Shown: positions 1 to 15,418 of the stretch, piece after piece
Layout of the letters: every line of letters begins with the position of its first letter
Position numbering within the stretch: the first letter of the stretch is position 1
From: the human T2T-CHM13v2.0 reference genome, Homo sapiens
Direction: 5' to 3' (one strand)
Assembly: GCF_009914755.1 (NCBI RefSeq)
Contig: NC_060941.1
Length of the DNA stretch: 64,000 nt
The notes under the pieces: model-generated
What the model saw: the letters and a program-made list of their open reading frames with translations, nothing else
Databases searched by the model: none
Told to the model about the DNA's origin: nothing
Translations under genes and position numbers: made by a program

Positions 1-226
1 GTTACCACAGCACAAATGGAAGTTCAAAACAAAAATCTAGTTAGATGTAAGGCCTAGTCAGTGATAACCAGTCATACATAACACAATATATACCAGCAAT
101 CTCTATATTTGGGATAAGTCTCTCAGCTTCTCTTCTTGAAGTTTCACTACCAATATGTGGTGAAAATCGGAAGTGTTTCCATGAGACAAAAGGATAGGGC
201 AGTATAGCTATAAGAAAACACTTTCT

Positions 227-528
227 GCCGGGCGCGGTGGCTCACGCCTGTAATCCCAGCACTCTGGGAAGCCGAGGTGGGTGGATCATGAGGTCAGGAG
301 ATCGAGACCATCCTGGCCAACATGGTGAAACCCCGTCTCTACTAAAAATACAAAAATTAGCTGGGCGTGGTGTTGTGTGCCTGTAATCCTAGCTACTCAG
401 CAGACTGAGGCAGGAGAAACACTTGAACTCGGAAGGCAGAGGTTGCGGTGAGCCGAGATCGCATCACTGTATTCCAGCCTGGCGACAGAGCAAGACTCCA
501 TTGAAAAAAAAAAAAAAGAAAAAGAAAA
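227..528 (+). mobile_element. Alu (AluS-like)
   Basis: Full dimer with A tail. TSD AAGAAAACACTT(T/C)CT. Confidence 0.95.
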
Positions 529-970
529 AAGAAAACACTTCCTGTCTCTATAAGAAAACTCATTCTGTATTCTAGATAACCAACTGTAAAACACTTGTTT
601 CCTCTGATTTCAGCATTTATGTTTTTAAAAACATTAGAAAATGCAGGGAATTTCAAAAATAATTGCTGATTTTTACCATCCATCTACAGAGGAAAATCAC
701 TGTCAACATAATGGCACACTTCTTTCCAGTTCTCCTTTTCTTATTGATTTGCAAGAGTTTTGAATATGCTTAATAAACTTTAATCCTCTATTATATAAAG
801 ATATATTTTTTCCCACTACACATTTTTAAAATTTTTAACGGTTCTAAGAACTGTTCTGGGGATTCTGATTAAGTTCACACTGAATATATAGATTCTGGGA
901 AAAGTTACATCTTTGAAACCCCAAATCTTCCAATCTAGGAACAAAATATTGGCTCTTCTACATTTATTGA

Positions 971-1287
<317 letters not shown>

Positions 1288-1897
1288 AGGTGTTTTATTA
1301 TTTTGAGTCAGATATAATCCTTCCTATATTGCATATAGAAAAATTGAATTTTTAATTATAAACGTGTAATCAGCCCCTTTACTGAATTATCTTACTGCTA
1401 TAGTTTTTCAGTTGACTTTGCTGGCTTTTTACTTATTTTAACAGTACTGGTTAGCACCTCAAGAATGTTGAATAGGGCTGGGTGCGGTGGCTCACACCTG
1501 TAATCCCAACACTTTGGGAGGCTGAGGCGGGAGGATCACGAGGTCAGAAGTTCAAGACCAGACTGGCCAACATAGTGAAACCCCGTCTCTACTAAAAATA
1601 CAAAAAATAGTCGGGTGTGATGGCACGCACCTGTAGTCCCAGCTACTCAGGAGGCTGAGGCAGGAAAATAATTTGAACTCAGGAGGCGGAGGTTGCAGTG
1701 AGCCGAGACTGCACCATTACACTCCAGCCTAGGCAACAGAGTGAGACTCCATCTAAAAAAAAAAAAAAAAAAAAAAGGAAAGGAAAAGAAACGACAAAAA
1801 AAAAGAATGCTGAATATCTAGTATACAGTTTCAGAAATAAGTCTGAAAGTCTTCACTTAAAAAAAAAATTTTTCTTTTCCTTTTTTTTTTTTTTTTT

Positions 1898-2771
<874 letters not shown>

Positions 2772-3726
2772 TCAGAAAAAAAAAAAGAAAATAGAGCATA
2801 TATGTACAAAGTAAAAAGCAATTGCGATCCTACCCCTGGAGTAAACACCATTAAAATTTTGTTGTGTTCCCCTATATTCTTCTTTCAATGCAAACACATA
2901 TACATATTTTCCCCACATTAAAAAAAAAAAAAAAAAAAAAACACAGCCAGGCATGGTGGCTCACACCATTATAATCCCAACATTTTGAAAGGCTGTGGCA
3001 GGAAGATCACTTGAACCCAGGAGTTCAACACCAGCCTGAACAATGCGGCAAAATCTCATCTCTACAAAAAATACAAAAATTAGCTGAGCATGCAGTACAC
3101 ACCTGTAAGTCCCAGCTACTAGGCAGGATCACTTGAGCCTAGGAGGTGGAGGTTGTAGTAAGTGGTGATTGCACCACTGCATTCCAGCCTGGGTAACAGA
3201 GCAAGACCCTGTCTCAAAACAAACAAACAAAAAACCCACAATGGAGGCTAGGCAAGGTGGCTCATACCTATAATACCAGCACTTTAGGAAGCCAAGGCAG
3301 GAAGACCGCCTAATGCCAGGAATTCAAGACCAGCCTGGACAACAGAGCCAGACCCCGTTTCTATCAAAAAAACAAAAACAAAACACACACATAAGATGAT
3401 TCTATTCACACTACTTTGTAACAAACTTTTTATTCTCCCTACTTGCTCTATGTTCTGGCATCTCTAGTATACATAGAATACTCATTCTTTATAAATGCAC
3501 TATGATATTCCATTCCTGATTAGCATATGGTTGTTTTCAATTTTTGCCATCATAAACAATGCTGCTTATGAACAAACACTGAATATCCTCTAACAGGATT
3601 TTCCACACATTCAACAAGTATTCCTGGAAGAAAAATTCTTTAAATTGTATTGTTGGTTAAAGGGTATGAGTGATTTGAATTTTTAAAGCATGACAATCTG
3701 ACAGGTGAAGGCTGATGTTATTTTAA

Positions 3727-4398
<672 letters not shown>

Positions 4399-4597
4399 TA
4401 AATGTGAAGCTTGATAAATTTTTCACTTGTAACCAGCATCCAGATAATAACAAAGTATAACCACAATCTCAGAAGGCTCCCCTCATATCTGTCCCTGCAT
4501 CGTCACTACTGTCCAAGAATAGCGTCTCCTAACTTTCAACAACTAAATTTTGCCTGTTTTGAACTTCATATAAATGAGATCATATATTATACATCCA

Positions 4598-5401
<804 letters not shown>

Positions 5402-6960
5402 TATATATTCCTGTGACTGGTTTATTTCACTCATTATCATTTGCAAGATTCATTCATATTATTTCAAGTAGTTGTTGTTCATTCATTTTCATTGTGTAAT
5501 ATTCTACTACGTGACTATCCCACTATTTATTAATATTCTTCTATTGATGGGTATTTGGACAGTTTCCACCTTTGGGCTATTATGAATAGCAGTGCTATGA
5601 ACATTCATAAGTGTATATATCTTGAAGTAGCATTACTGGGTTACAGGGTATGTTTATGTTCAGTTTTAGTAGATAATGCTGCTTTTCCAAAATGGCATAT
5701 CAACTTATATTCCCATTAACAATGTATGAGAGTTTTTTATTTCTCCATATCCTTGCTAACATTTTCATTGAGTCACTGTGATGGGTGTACAGTAAAACAG
5801 TACTTCTCTGAAGACAAAATAAGGTTGAGTTTCTTTCTAAATGTTTGGCCTTTTGAATATTCTCTTTTGGGATGCCTATTCAAATTCTCTTCAAAAAACA
5901 AACAAACAAAAAACTGAGTATTTTTCTCGCTGTGTCGCCCAGCCTGGAGTGCAATGTCATGATCTCAGCTCGCTGCAGCCTCCGTCTCCTGGGTTCAAGC
6001 AATTCTCCTGCCTCAGACTCCCAAGTAGCTGGGATTACAAGTGCCTGTCACCATGCCTGGCTAATTTTTTTTATTTTTAGTGGAGATGGGGTTTCACCAT
6101 GTTGGCCAGGCTGGTCTTGAACTCCTGACCTCAGGTGATCCCCTGCCTTGGCCTCTCAAAGTGCTGGGATTACAGGCGTGAGCCACCATGTTGGGCCTTT
6201 TCTCTGCTATTAATGTACAGTTCTTTCTTTAGGTGTACAATGAGTCCTTTGTCAGATACAGGTGCTGCAAATATCTTCTCCCACTCTGTGGCTTGACTCT
6301 TCACTTGCTTAATGATATCTTTTGATGAGATGTTCTTGATCTTAATATAGCACCAATTTATCACACTTCCTTTATATTTAACCACTTTGAGATCCAAATT
6401 AATCTTTGCTGACATAAAATTTTTTTCTAAAAAACTTTTTTCATATTTAGATCAGCAATTTATCTGGAAATGACTTTTGTGTGTGGTGTGAGGTAAAGTC
6501 AAGATACTTTCTTCCCTGATACAGAAATTAATTAACCAATACCATTAATTTGACTTTCCTTTCCCTATCATAGTGCTGTCTCACTTTTATCATAATACAG
6601 GTGATAGTATATGTGTCAGTCTGTTTCTGGACTGTCGATTTTGATCCATTGGTCTATTTGTCAATCCATGTGCCAATACCATATTACCTTAATTGTTATA
6701 GCCAGGTAACAAGTTGAATTCCTCCAGATTTTCTTTCTTCATCGTCATGATTACCTTGCATCTGGCTTTATCTTGTATTTGAATTTGTATTTCAGTTGAG
6801 TATCTTTTAATGTTCATTGGCCATTCATATTTCCTCTTCTGTAAACTGGTTTTTGGGACATGAATTAGTTGCCTTAGCTGCCTTTTTCAAACTGATTAGT
6901 ATTAGATCTTTCTGTATTAGAAAACATGCCCTTCATCTGTCAAATGCTGTCATCTGCATA
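5402..6960 (-). mobile_element. Ancient L1M 3' fragments
   Basis: Typical antisense L1 text (ATTCATTCATATT...GGACAGTTTCCAC...GCTATTATGAATAGCAGTGCTATGAACATT; CAAATATCTTCTCCCACTCTGTGGC). Confidence 0.7.
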
Positions 6961-7178
6961 GTGTTTTTTTAAAGTGTTCTTACAATTTCCTTTTTTTTTT
7001 TTTTTTGAGACAGTCTCATCCTGTCTGCAGTGCAGTAGCATGATCTTGGCTCACTGCAACCTCCGCATCCTGGGCTCAAGCAATTCTGCCAAGTAACTGG
7101 CACTACAGGTGTATGTCGCCATGCCTAGCTTATTTTTTATTGTTTTTGGTTGAGACACCATTTTGCCATGTTACCCAG

Positions 7179-7275
7179 GCTAGTCTTGAACTCTTAGGCT
7201 TAAGCAATCTGCCTGCCTCGGCCTCTCAAAGTGCTGGGATTACAGGCATGAGCTACCATGCCCAGCCGTGTGTGC

Positions 7276-7329
<54 letters not shown>

Positions 7330-7460
7330 CAGCTAGTCTTGAACTCTTAGGCTTAAACAATCTGCCTGCCTCGGCCTCTCAAAGTGCTGGGATTACAGGC
7401 ATGAGCTACCATGCCCAGCCGTGTGTGTGTGTGTGTGTGTGTGTGAAAGAGAGAGAGACA
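7179..7460. repeat. Tandem duplication of an Alu end plus (TG)n(AG)n microsatellite
   Basis: Units 7179-7331 and 7332-7460 are near-identical except for TG length. Confidence 0.9.
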
Positions 7461-9203
7461 GGGTCTCACTCTGGAGGCTGAGAGTGCAGTGTCATGATAA
7501 CCACTCACTGCAGCCTTGAATCTCCCAGGCCCAAGCGATCCTCCTGAGTAGCTGGGACCGTAGGCATGTGCCACCATGTCTGGCTAATTTTTAATTTTTT
7601 TGTAGAGACAGGGTCTCCCTATGTTGCCCAGGCAGGTCTAGAACTCTTAGGCTCAAGCCATCCTCCCACCTTGGCCTCCCAAAGTTCTCAGATTACAAGA
7701 GTAAGCCACTGCTCCCTGCTCTACTTTTTAATGCATTCCAACACATCAATTTCTTTTTTTTCCTTCTGGGCTTTGGTTTCATTCTTAGAAATGCCTTCTT
7801 CATGCCAAGATGGCATTACAGTGTTGGCAAGGTAAGACAAGAGGTAAAGATAGATTTTAAAATTATTTTTACATTACCTTTTTCCCCCCCTTTGAGACAA
7901 GTTCTCACTGTGTTGCCCAGGCTAGTGTGCAGCGGCACAATCACAGCTCACTGAGCGGCCTCGACTTGCCAAGCTTCAAATGATCCTTCCACCTCAGCCT
8001 CCCAAGCAACTGGGACCACAGGCATGCACCACCACACCTGAATAAATTTTTTTTTTTCTGGTAAAGACAGTGTCTCCCTATGTTGCCCAGGCTGGTCTCA
8101 AACTCTTGGGCTCAAGCAATCCTCCTGCCTTGGTCTCCCAAAGTGCTGGGATTACAGGCATGAGCCACTGCTCCTGGCCACTTATTTTTATAGTGTTTGA
8201 CATTTTCATGATTTGTACATTACCTTAAAAATAATTTTTTAGGCTAGGCACAGTGACTCACACCTGTAATCCCAGCACATTACGGGGCTGAGGTGGGAAG
8301 ACTGCTTGAGGCTAAGGTTCAAGACCAGCTTGGGCAACAAAGTGAGATACGGTCGGTCTCTACAAAAAAAAAATTTTTAAGGTTTTTTTTGTTGTTATCT
8401 CCTACAGAAAGGAGAAAATTTTTTTTTTAATTAACCAGGTGTGGTGGCAAGCATCTGTAGTCCTAGCTACTCGGGACGATGAGGCAGGAGGATCACTTGG
8501 GGCCAAGAGTCCAAGGTTGCAGTGAGATATGATTATGCCACTGCACTACAGCCTGGGAGACAGAAGGAGGACTTGTCTCTTAAAAAAGAAAGAAAAACAA
8601 TTTCTTTAAAGAAGAAATTTTGGTCATTTCCCACTGCAAAATATTGACCCAATAATTTATTCTGATACTTTTATAATTTTAGTAGCCAAATTTAATTTTT
8701 TTTTTTTTTTTTTTTTTTGAGACAAGGTCTCACCCTGTCACCCAGGCTGGAGTACGGTGATGCAATGACAGCTCACTGCAACCTCAGCCTCCTGGGCTCA
8801 AGCAATCCTCCTGCCTCAGCCTCCTGAGTAGCTGAGACTACAGGCATGCAACACCACACATGGCTAATTTTTTTCTTTGTTCTAGAGATGGGATCTCACT
8901 ATGTTGCCCAGGCTGGTCTCGAACTCCTGGACTCAAGCAAAATCCTCCCACCATGGCCCCAAAGTGCTGAGATTACAGACATAAGCCACCATGCCCGGCC
9001 ATCAGTGTATTTTTTTAAATTCTCAGAAAACTGAATGTTAGTTCAGGCTGTATGTAGCTATACAACTGAAATATACAGAGAAAAAGAAAAAATTAACTCC
9101 GATCCTAAATCAGAACCTAATTAGTATGGTTTTCAGCATGGTATTTATTTTTATTTTGTTTTTTCTTTTCAGCATAATACTTTAATTTTTAAAAAAATCA
9201 TTA

Positions 9204-9485
<282 letters not shown>

Positions 9486-10104
9486 TTAAAAAAAAAAAAA
9501 AAAAAAAATTAAGATTGTGAAAACAATACATAGAACACACTGCTGAAACACTTCACCCAGACAAAGTTTAACTCTACGGCACACTTTGTATTTGGAAAAA
9601 ACACAAAATAGACCTTCAGTAGTTAAAATAAAAAGATCATAAACTTCATTCATTTTTTTAAAGAGATGGAGTCTCACTACATTGCCCCAGCCAGTCTTGA
9701 ACTCCTGGACTCAAGAGATCCTCCCGGCTCAGCCTCCCGAACTGTTGGGATTACAGGTGTGAGCTACCACACCTGGCCATAAACTTCATTCTTTAGAATA
9801 AGAACACAGCCCCGTCTCTATTTCCTTTCACTCTGTATAGAGTTCTAGAATTTTCTTTTAAGAGATAATTGTGTTGCCCAGGCTGGAGTGCAGTATTCAC
9901 AGGCACGACCGCAGCTAGCACCCTATAACCTCCAACTTCTGGGCTCAAACCATCTTCCTGCCTCAGATTCCTGAGTAGCTAGGATGGGACTACAGGCATA
10001 TATCACTCCATCTGCCTCACAATTCTTTCACTTCATCTTACCTGCTTTTATACCAAAATGGTTGCACGCCCTTGGAGAGAAAACTTTCAGAATCCAAGCA
10101 TTAT

Positions 10105-11042
10105 GATCACATGCCACATAAAGTTTCAGTCAACAACCGACTGCATATAAAAAGGTGGCCCCATAAGATTATAATAGAGCCAAAAAGTTCCTATTGCCTA
10201 GAGACATTGTAGTTGAATTACTTTATTTTTAACATTAATTTATAGTCGTCTAAGTATACACTGTTTATAACATCTACAGTAGTGTACAGTGATGTCTTAG
10301 GCCTTCACATTCACTCACCACTCACTCACTGACTTACCAGAGCAACTTCCAGTCCTAAAAGCTCCATTCACGGTAAGTGCCCTATACAGGTGTACCATTT
10401 CTTATCTTTTATACTGTACCTTTTCCATGTTTAGATGAAGCTTGCCCAATGCACAGCCAGCGGGCCACACGTGGCCCAGGTCAGCTTTCAGTTACACTTT
10501 TTTTTTTCTTTTTGTGAAGAATGGGGTCTCGCTTTATTGCCCAGGCAGGTCTCGAACTCCTGAGTTCAAGCTATCCTCCCACCTCTGTCTCCCTAAGAGC
10601 TGGGATTACAGGCATGAGCCACTGCACCTAGCCCCCAGGACAGCTTTGAATGAGACCCAACAGAAATTCGTTAACTTTCTTAAAACATTATGAGATTTTT
10701 TTTTTCCTCAGCTTATCAGCTATCGTTATTGTATTTTATGTGTGGCCCAAGACAATTTATCTTCTTCCAATGTGGCTCAGGGAAGCCAAAACATTGGACA
10801 CCCCTGGTTTAGATACACAAGCACTTAATACTGTGTTACAACTGCCTACGGTACTCAGTAAAGTAACATGCTATATGAGTTTGTAGCCTAAGAACAATAG
10901 GCTATCCCACATAACCTAGGTGTGTAGTAGACTATACCATCTAGGCTTGTGTAAATACACTCTCTGATGTTCCCACAAGCATGAAATCGCCTAACAATGC
11001 ATTTCTCAGAACATATCCCCGTCATTAAGCAACACATGACTG
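10105..11042. mobile_element. Tigger3-like (TcMar) element
   Basis: Characteristic end ...GCATTTCTCAGAACATATCCCCGTCATTAAGCAACACATGACTGTA. Confidence 0.75.
10437..10806. mobile_element. MER30 (hAT) inserted in Tigger3, itself containing an Alu monomer
   Basis: Perfect 8-bp TSD GTTTAGAT (10429-10436 and 10807-10814). End ...TTGGACACCCCTG. Confidence 0.8.
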
Positions 11043-11327
11043 TATTGTGTAGGGTTCTGATTTTTATTAACTATTCTTTTACACATTTTTAGTCACCTTC
11101 CCTTCTCATACACCTCAGTAGACATTCCCAACTTCTGTTTAGACTTCCTGTATAAAAGCTACCACTCCTATCACTTACCCGCAGCAAATGAACTCACCTC
11201 CTAATTCATGACAATCATTCTTACAAACTTACCTATATTAACGACTTGTTTTGTTTTGAGATAGGATCTCCCTCTGTTGCCCAGGCTGGAGTGCAGTGGC
11301 ACAATGACAGCTCACTGCAGGCTCTGA

Positions 11328-11423
<96 letters not shown>

Positions 11424-14400
11424 TAGAGAAGGGGTCTATGTTGCCTAGGCTGGTCTCGAACTCCTGTGCTCAAGCGATCCTTCTGCTTCAGCTTCCCAAA
11501 GTGTTGGAATTATGAGTGTGAGCCCTGCGCCTTTACATCTTTAATTCTTTTGTTCTGATCTTAGAAGAAGAGTTCTTTCCCCAACTCCAATATAAGGATA
11601 ATACCTTAATTTATGCACGGTGAAGGAGGAAAGACCAAAAACAGGCAAGACTCATCAACTCATGTTCCTGCTCAGGGACTTTGCTCCGTAACTTATTTCC
11701 CACCACACTTGGATACTCAACCTCATTCTCTTGGTTTCTGCCACTCAGCCAACAAATATATTCTAGTGTCTTCCATTCTTTTTTTTTTTAAAAAAAAAGA
11801 AAAAACATTTCATATTTTACCCTTTCTATGCTCTCCCTTCCCTGCTTATACAGCAGTCAACATTCCTGCTTCTTTACCTTCCATTCATTCCATAACCCCA
11901 TCTCCTAATGCTTTACGATTGTGCCTTTATCTGAAGCTATTACAAAAATTAACACAGTCATACTGTAGTACACCAAACAAGCAGAATGGGGAAATTTGAT
12001 TCCACAAATACTCCAATTTTGTCTATGACTATGCCTACTGATGGAAATTTGGACTGCAAGAGAGATGTAATTATGAGTTTCTCCTTGGCTTTAAAGTGCA
12101 GAAAATTGGAAATTGGAAACAGTAAGCCTCCTAAAATTTTCACAAGTTGGGCAGGGGGTGAGTATCTTATATTTATGTGTGCAGTTATATTGCTTTAAAA
12201 AGTTTTTCCAGCCTGGGCAATATATCAAGACCTCATCTATACTAAAAATTAAAAAAAAAAAAATTAGCTAGGCATGGGTGGCATACACCTGTAGTTCCAG
12301 CTACTCAGGAGGCTGAGATGGAAAGACTGCTTAAGCCCAGGGGTTCAAGGTTGCGGTGAGCTATGATCACAACTGCACTCCAGCCTGGGCAACAGAGCAA
12401 GATCCTGTCTCCACAAAAAAAGTTTCTTATATGTATATGCTAATAGTGTTTAAAAGGAAGAAAAGTCAGGTGCGGTGGCATATGCCTGTAGTCTCAGCTA
12501 CTCAGTAGGCTGAGGCAGGAGGATAGCTTGAGCCCAGGAGTTCAAGACCAGCTTGGGCAAAACAGCGAGACCCCATCTCTATTTTTTTTAAATTTTAATA
12601 AAAAGAATAATTTCTTCTTACATCTCCATTAAAGATTAGAATAGAGTCCTGGGACTGACTTTCACTCCACTTCCATAGAAGCTAATAAAAAAATTAGTGT
12701 TATAATATCTTTCATTAAAATAATCTACTATCTTAAGATAGATATCTAAGTAAAAGAGCAAGGAACTCAGGAACTAAATATCAGGTTTGAGACCTTAATT
12801 AAATTACTTAACTTTCTCACCAATAAAGCAAGGTTATACTGTACTCTACTTCACAGTTTAATTCTGAAGATTAAACAAAATAACACATAAAAGCACAACA
12901 TAGTTACAGGCACATGTTTAACACTTCCCTCATCTTAGCACAGTGCCATACTCCCAATAAGCATACAACTATTAAGAAGTAAAAGTGTACCAAAAAGGAG
13001 CAATATTAAAACTGTGTGAACTATGTGAAACAGAAATTCTAACAAAAGCACCATCTATTCATACTAATAATCTTCAAATGAAAAGCTTCAATTAGAAGTG
13101 AAAGTTACTAAAAGATATTCAAGTATTTTGAACGAATTCAACTAGTAAATACACTTGGATTACATTCCCAATGATTTCCTCTGAGAGATTACATATGAGG
13201 TACAAGATTACACATGATTTAATAAAATGGACAGAGAGCACACACAAAGCTGCAGTTTCCCAGGCTGAGAAAGACAAATCTAATTTGTCCTTCCTGGGGA
13301 GGAATGTATCTTAAATGAACAAAATTTCCTTAGAATACACAAAAGTAAATCAATGTATCAAAGGGATTAGGAAAAAAGGGAGCTTTTTCTCGAAATCCAA
13401 AATAATAATACGCATGACCTAAATGAATCTTCTCCAAATATTTAGGGGGGAAACCCCACTTTAATTGTTAGAATTGGTGCAAAGCAGCTGGATTTAGTAG
13501 AACGCAGCCCATCAACTGCTAATTCTGAAAAAAAAAAAAAAAAAAAAAAAAAAATCTAGGGGTGGAGAAAGCAGGCAATCTTCCCAATAAAACAACTGCC
13601 ACAAAACACTGTACATACGTAAGAACATAAACATCTGTTAAAATATCAGTTTACACTGTTCCAGCCAACTTACAGATCAAGAGGAAGTATTTAAGGTCTA
13701 AAAAATAAATTACATTCTACTTTTAGTCACATTTTGCATGGGTGGCTACTGGACACTAGGAGTTATCGACGCGGATTCAAGACAAGGAAGACTGAATAAT
13801 AAATCCAGTGTTCACATTCAAATGTGGGGGAGAGAAAAGGGCAGGCTCTGAGTCCATAAAGTTCTCCACACTCTGAAAACACTGCAAAAATAGTCCACAT
13901 CTAAGGACACTTACCCTTGAAACTCCTTGGAGAGTGGCTTGGGAGACTTGCTGTTCAGATTTTTGAGGGGGAGTGATTTAAGAATGCTGCAAGATTGCAA
14001 CTTTCAAACACAGGAACATAATCTAAAGTGTTTTTTTCTTTCAGTAAAGATCTCTCCCTGTCCTCTTCAAACAGTTGATCAGCACTCCCATTTTCACAAA
14101 ATCCCTAATTCAAGTATAGAGCCCCTCCTCTCCCACAAAAAAATCAAAGCTTTAAAGAATATGCAAATAAAACACACAGATTATTTCCAATAATCCCTAA
14201 CTCCTTCCCAATTGGGAAAAGAAAGGAGAAACGAAGGAACACGAAGCAAAAACACCAAAACACTCGGGGAAGGAAGGCGGCGAGATGAGAAAGTAGGAAT
14301 GGGTGGGGGGAGGAGCACGGAAAAAAGTCCAGCTGATGCTGACACTTAATTGGAAGGAGAGGATGGAAAATATCCTGAAGATACGGGCTAGAAGGAAAGG

Positions 14401-14710
14401 ACTAGGTGGGACAGGGGCGCGATAGAGTAAGTCCACGCAAAAGGCCTACCCAAGAGGGCCACTGTGTAGAAGGGAACACCAACAGGGAGCAAGACTCCCC
14501 AAGATTACTTCAAGGCCCCAAAGCTTAAGAGACAGGGCATAGGGAGATGGGGTGCTTCTCCACTGGCAATGCAGACACCGCACCAGACGTTTCGGGAGGC
14601 AAGTCTGCCGGAAGGGGTGAGGGGTTAACTGCGGGGGTTCGCAGACGTGGAAGGGGGTGCGGCCCCCGGGGTTGCTGGAGGAGAGCAGAGAGGAGGCCCA
14701 CGGCGCATAC

Positions 14711-14848
14711 CTTGTAGTAAACATCAAACTGGATGTTCTCGGGCAAGGAGCGGATGTCTCGGCGGGAGCGGATGTAGTTGTCCACGACAGCGGAGATGGC
14801 GGTGTTATAGAGAGTCTCTGGGATCCACTCTAGTTCCACGGCCGCCAT
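14711..14848 (-). CDS. APPBP2: APPBP2 (amyloid precursor protein-binding protein 2, CRL2 substrate receptor) exon 1 coding part
   Basis: Translates MAAVELEWIPETLYNTAISAVVDNYIRSRRDIRSLPENIQFDVYYK, recognised as the APPBP2 N-terminus. ATG in strong context (AAGATGG) at 14848. 138 nt = 46 codons, ending at a phase-0 donor AAG|GTATGC at 14711/14710. Confidence 0.96.
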
Positions 14849-15100
14849 CTTCCTTCCCTCCTCCTCCGCCTCCTCCGCCTCCTCCTCCCGAAGGCCCCCA
14901 CCTCCCTCCGTAGCGAACCCCTCTGCGGCCCCGGAGGATTCGGAGGGGCGGTGGCAGCCACGCGGGCGCACGGCAGAAGGCACGGCCGCCCTGCCTCCTC
15001 CGGGGGCAAACTGAGGGACGGCGGCAGCGGACGCAGGCCCGAGTAAAAAGTGGGACAGAAAACAGCGGCCAGCCAGGCCAAAAGCGTCACAATCCCGGTT
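14849..15100 (-). other. APPBP2: APPBP2 5' UTR (upstream boundary approximate)
   Basis: GC-rich, with GAGGAGGCG repeats just upstream of the ATG and no upstream AUG. The TSS is inferred to lie just downstream of the GC box/CRE cluster. Confidence 0.7.
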
Positions 15101-15189
15101 CGAGAGGAACCCGGGTTCCGTCCCAGCGCTGATCTCTGCAGGGGCGGGGCTGCGTGTGCGGCGTCATGACGTAAGCGCACGCCGGCGCG

Positions 15190-15418
15190 CCGGAGGGGAG
15201 GAATGCGGCAGGCGGAAAACTTAGGAAGAGCTGGATGCCTCCCACGGAGAGCGTCCCTTCCAAGCGGCCCCGGAGTGGAGTGGAGTGGAGTGGATAGGGG
15301 TAGACTTTTCACACGGGGACAAATTATTACAGGATATCTGCGCCCCCTGTTCCGAGTCACTCGGGGCCATCGGTTACTTCAGCAGGTTCTCTGCATCACG
15401 GACCCTTTTGAGGCTCAG
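15190..15418 (+). ncRNA. Putative first exon of a divergent lncRNA (APPBP2-DT-like)
   Basis: Plus-strand donor CAG|GTAAAA at 15418/15419 on the far edge of the CpG island. A divergent transcript at this locus is recalled, but the boundaries are inferred. Confidence 0.35.

Noticed and set aside
14525-14710. C-terminal part of the 152-aa ORF (VCAVGLLS...)
   Set aside because: Read-through into intron 1 past the donor at 14710.
14830-15360. 176-aa minus-strand ORF overlapping the APPBP2 promoter
   Set aside because: Starts at GTG upstream of the likely TSS and is out of frame with APPBP2. Expected by chance in GC-rich DNA.
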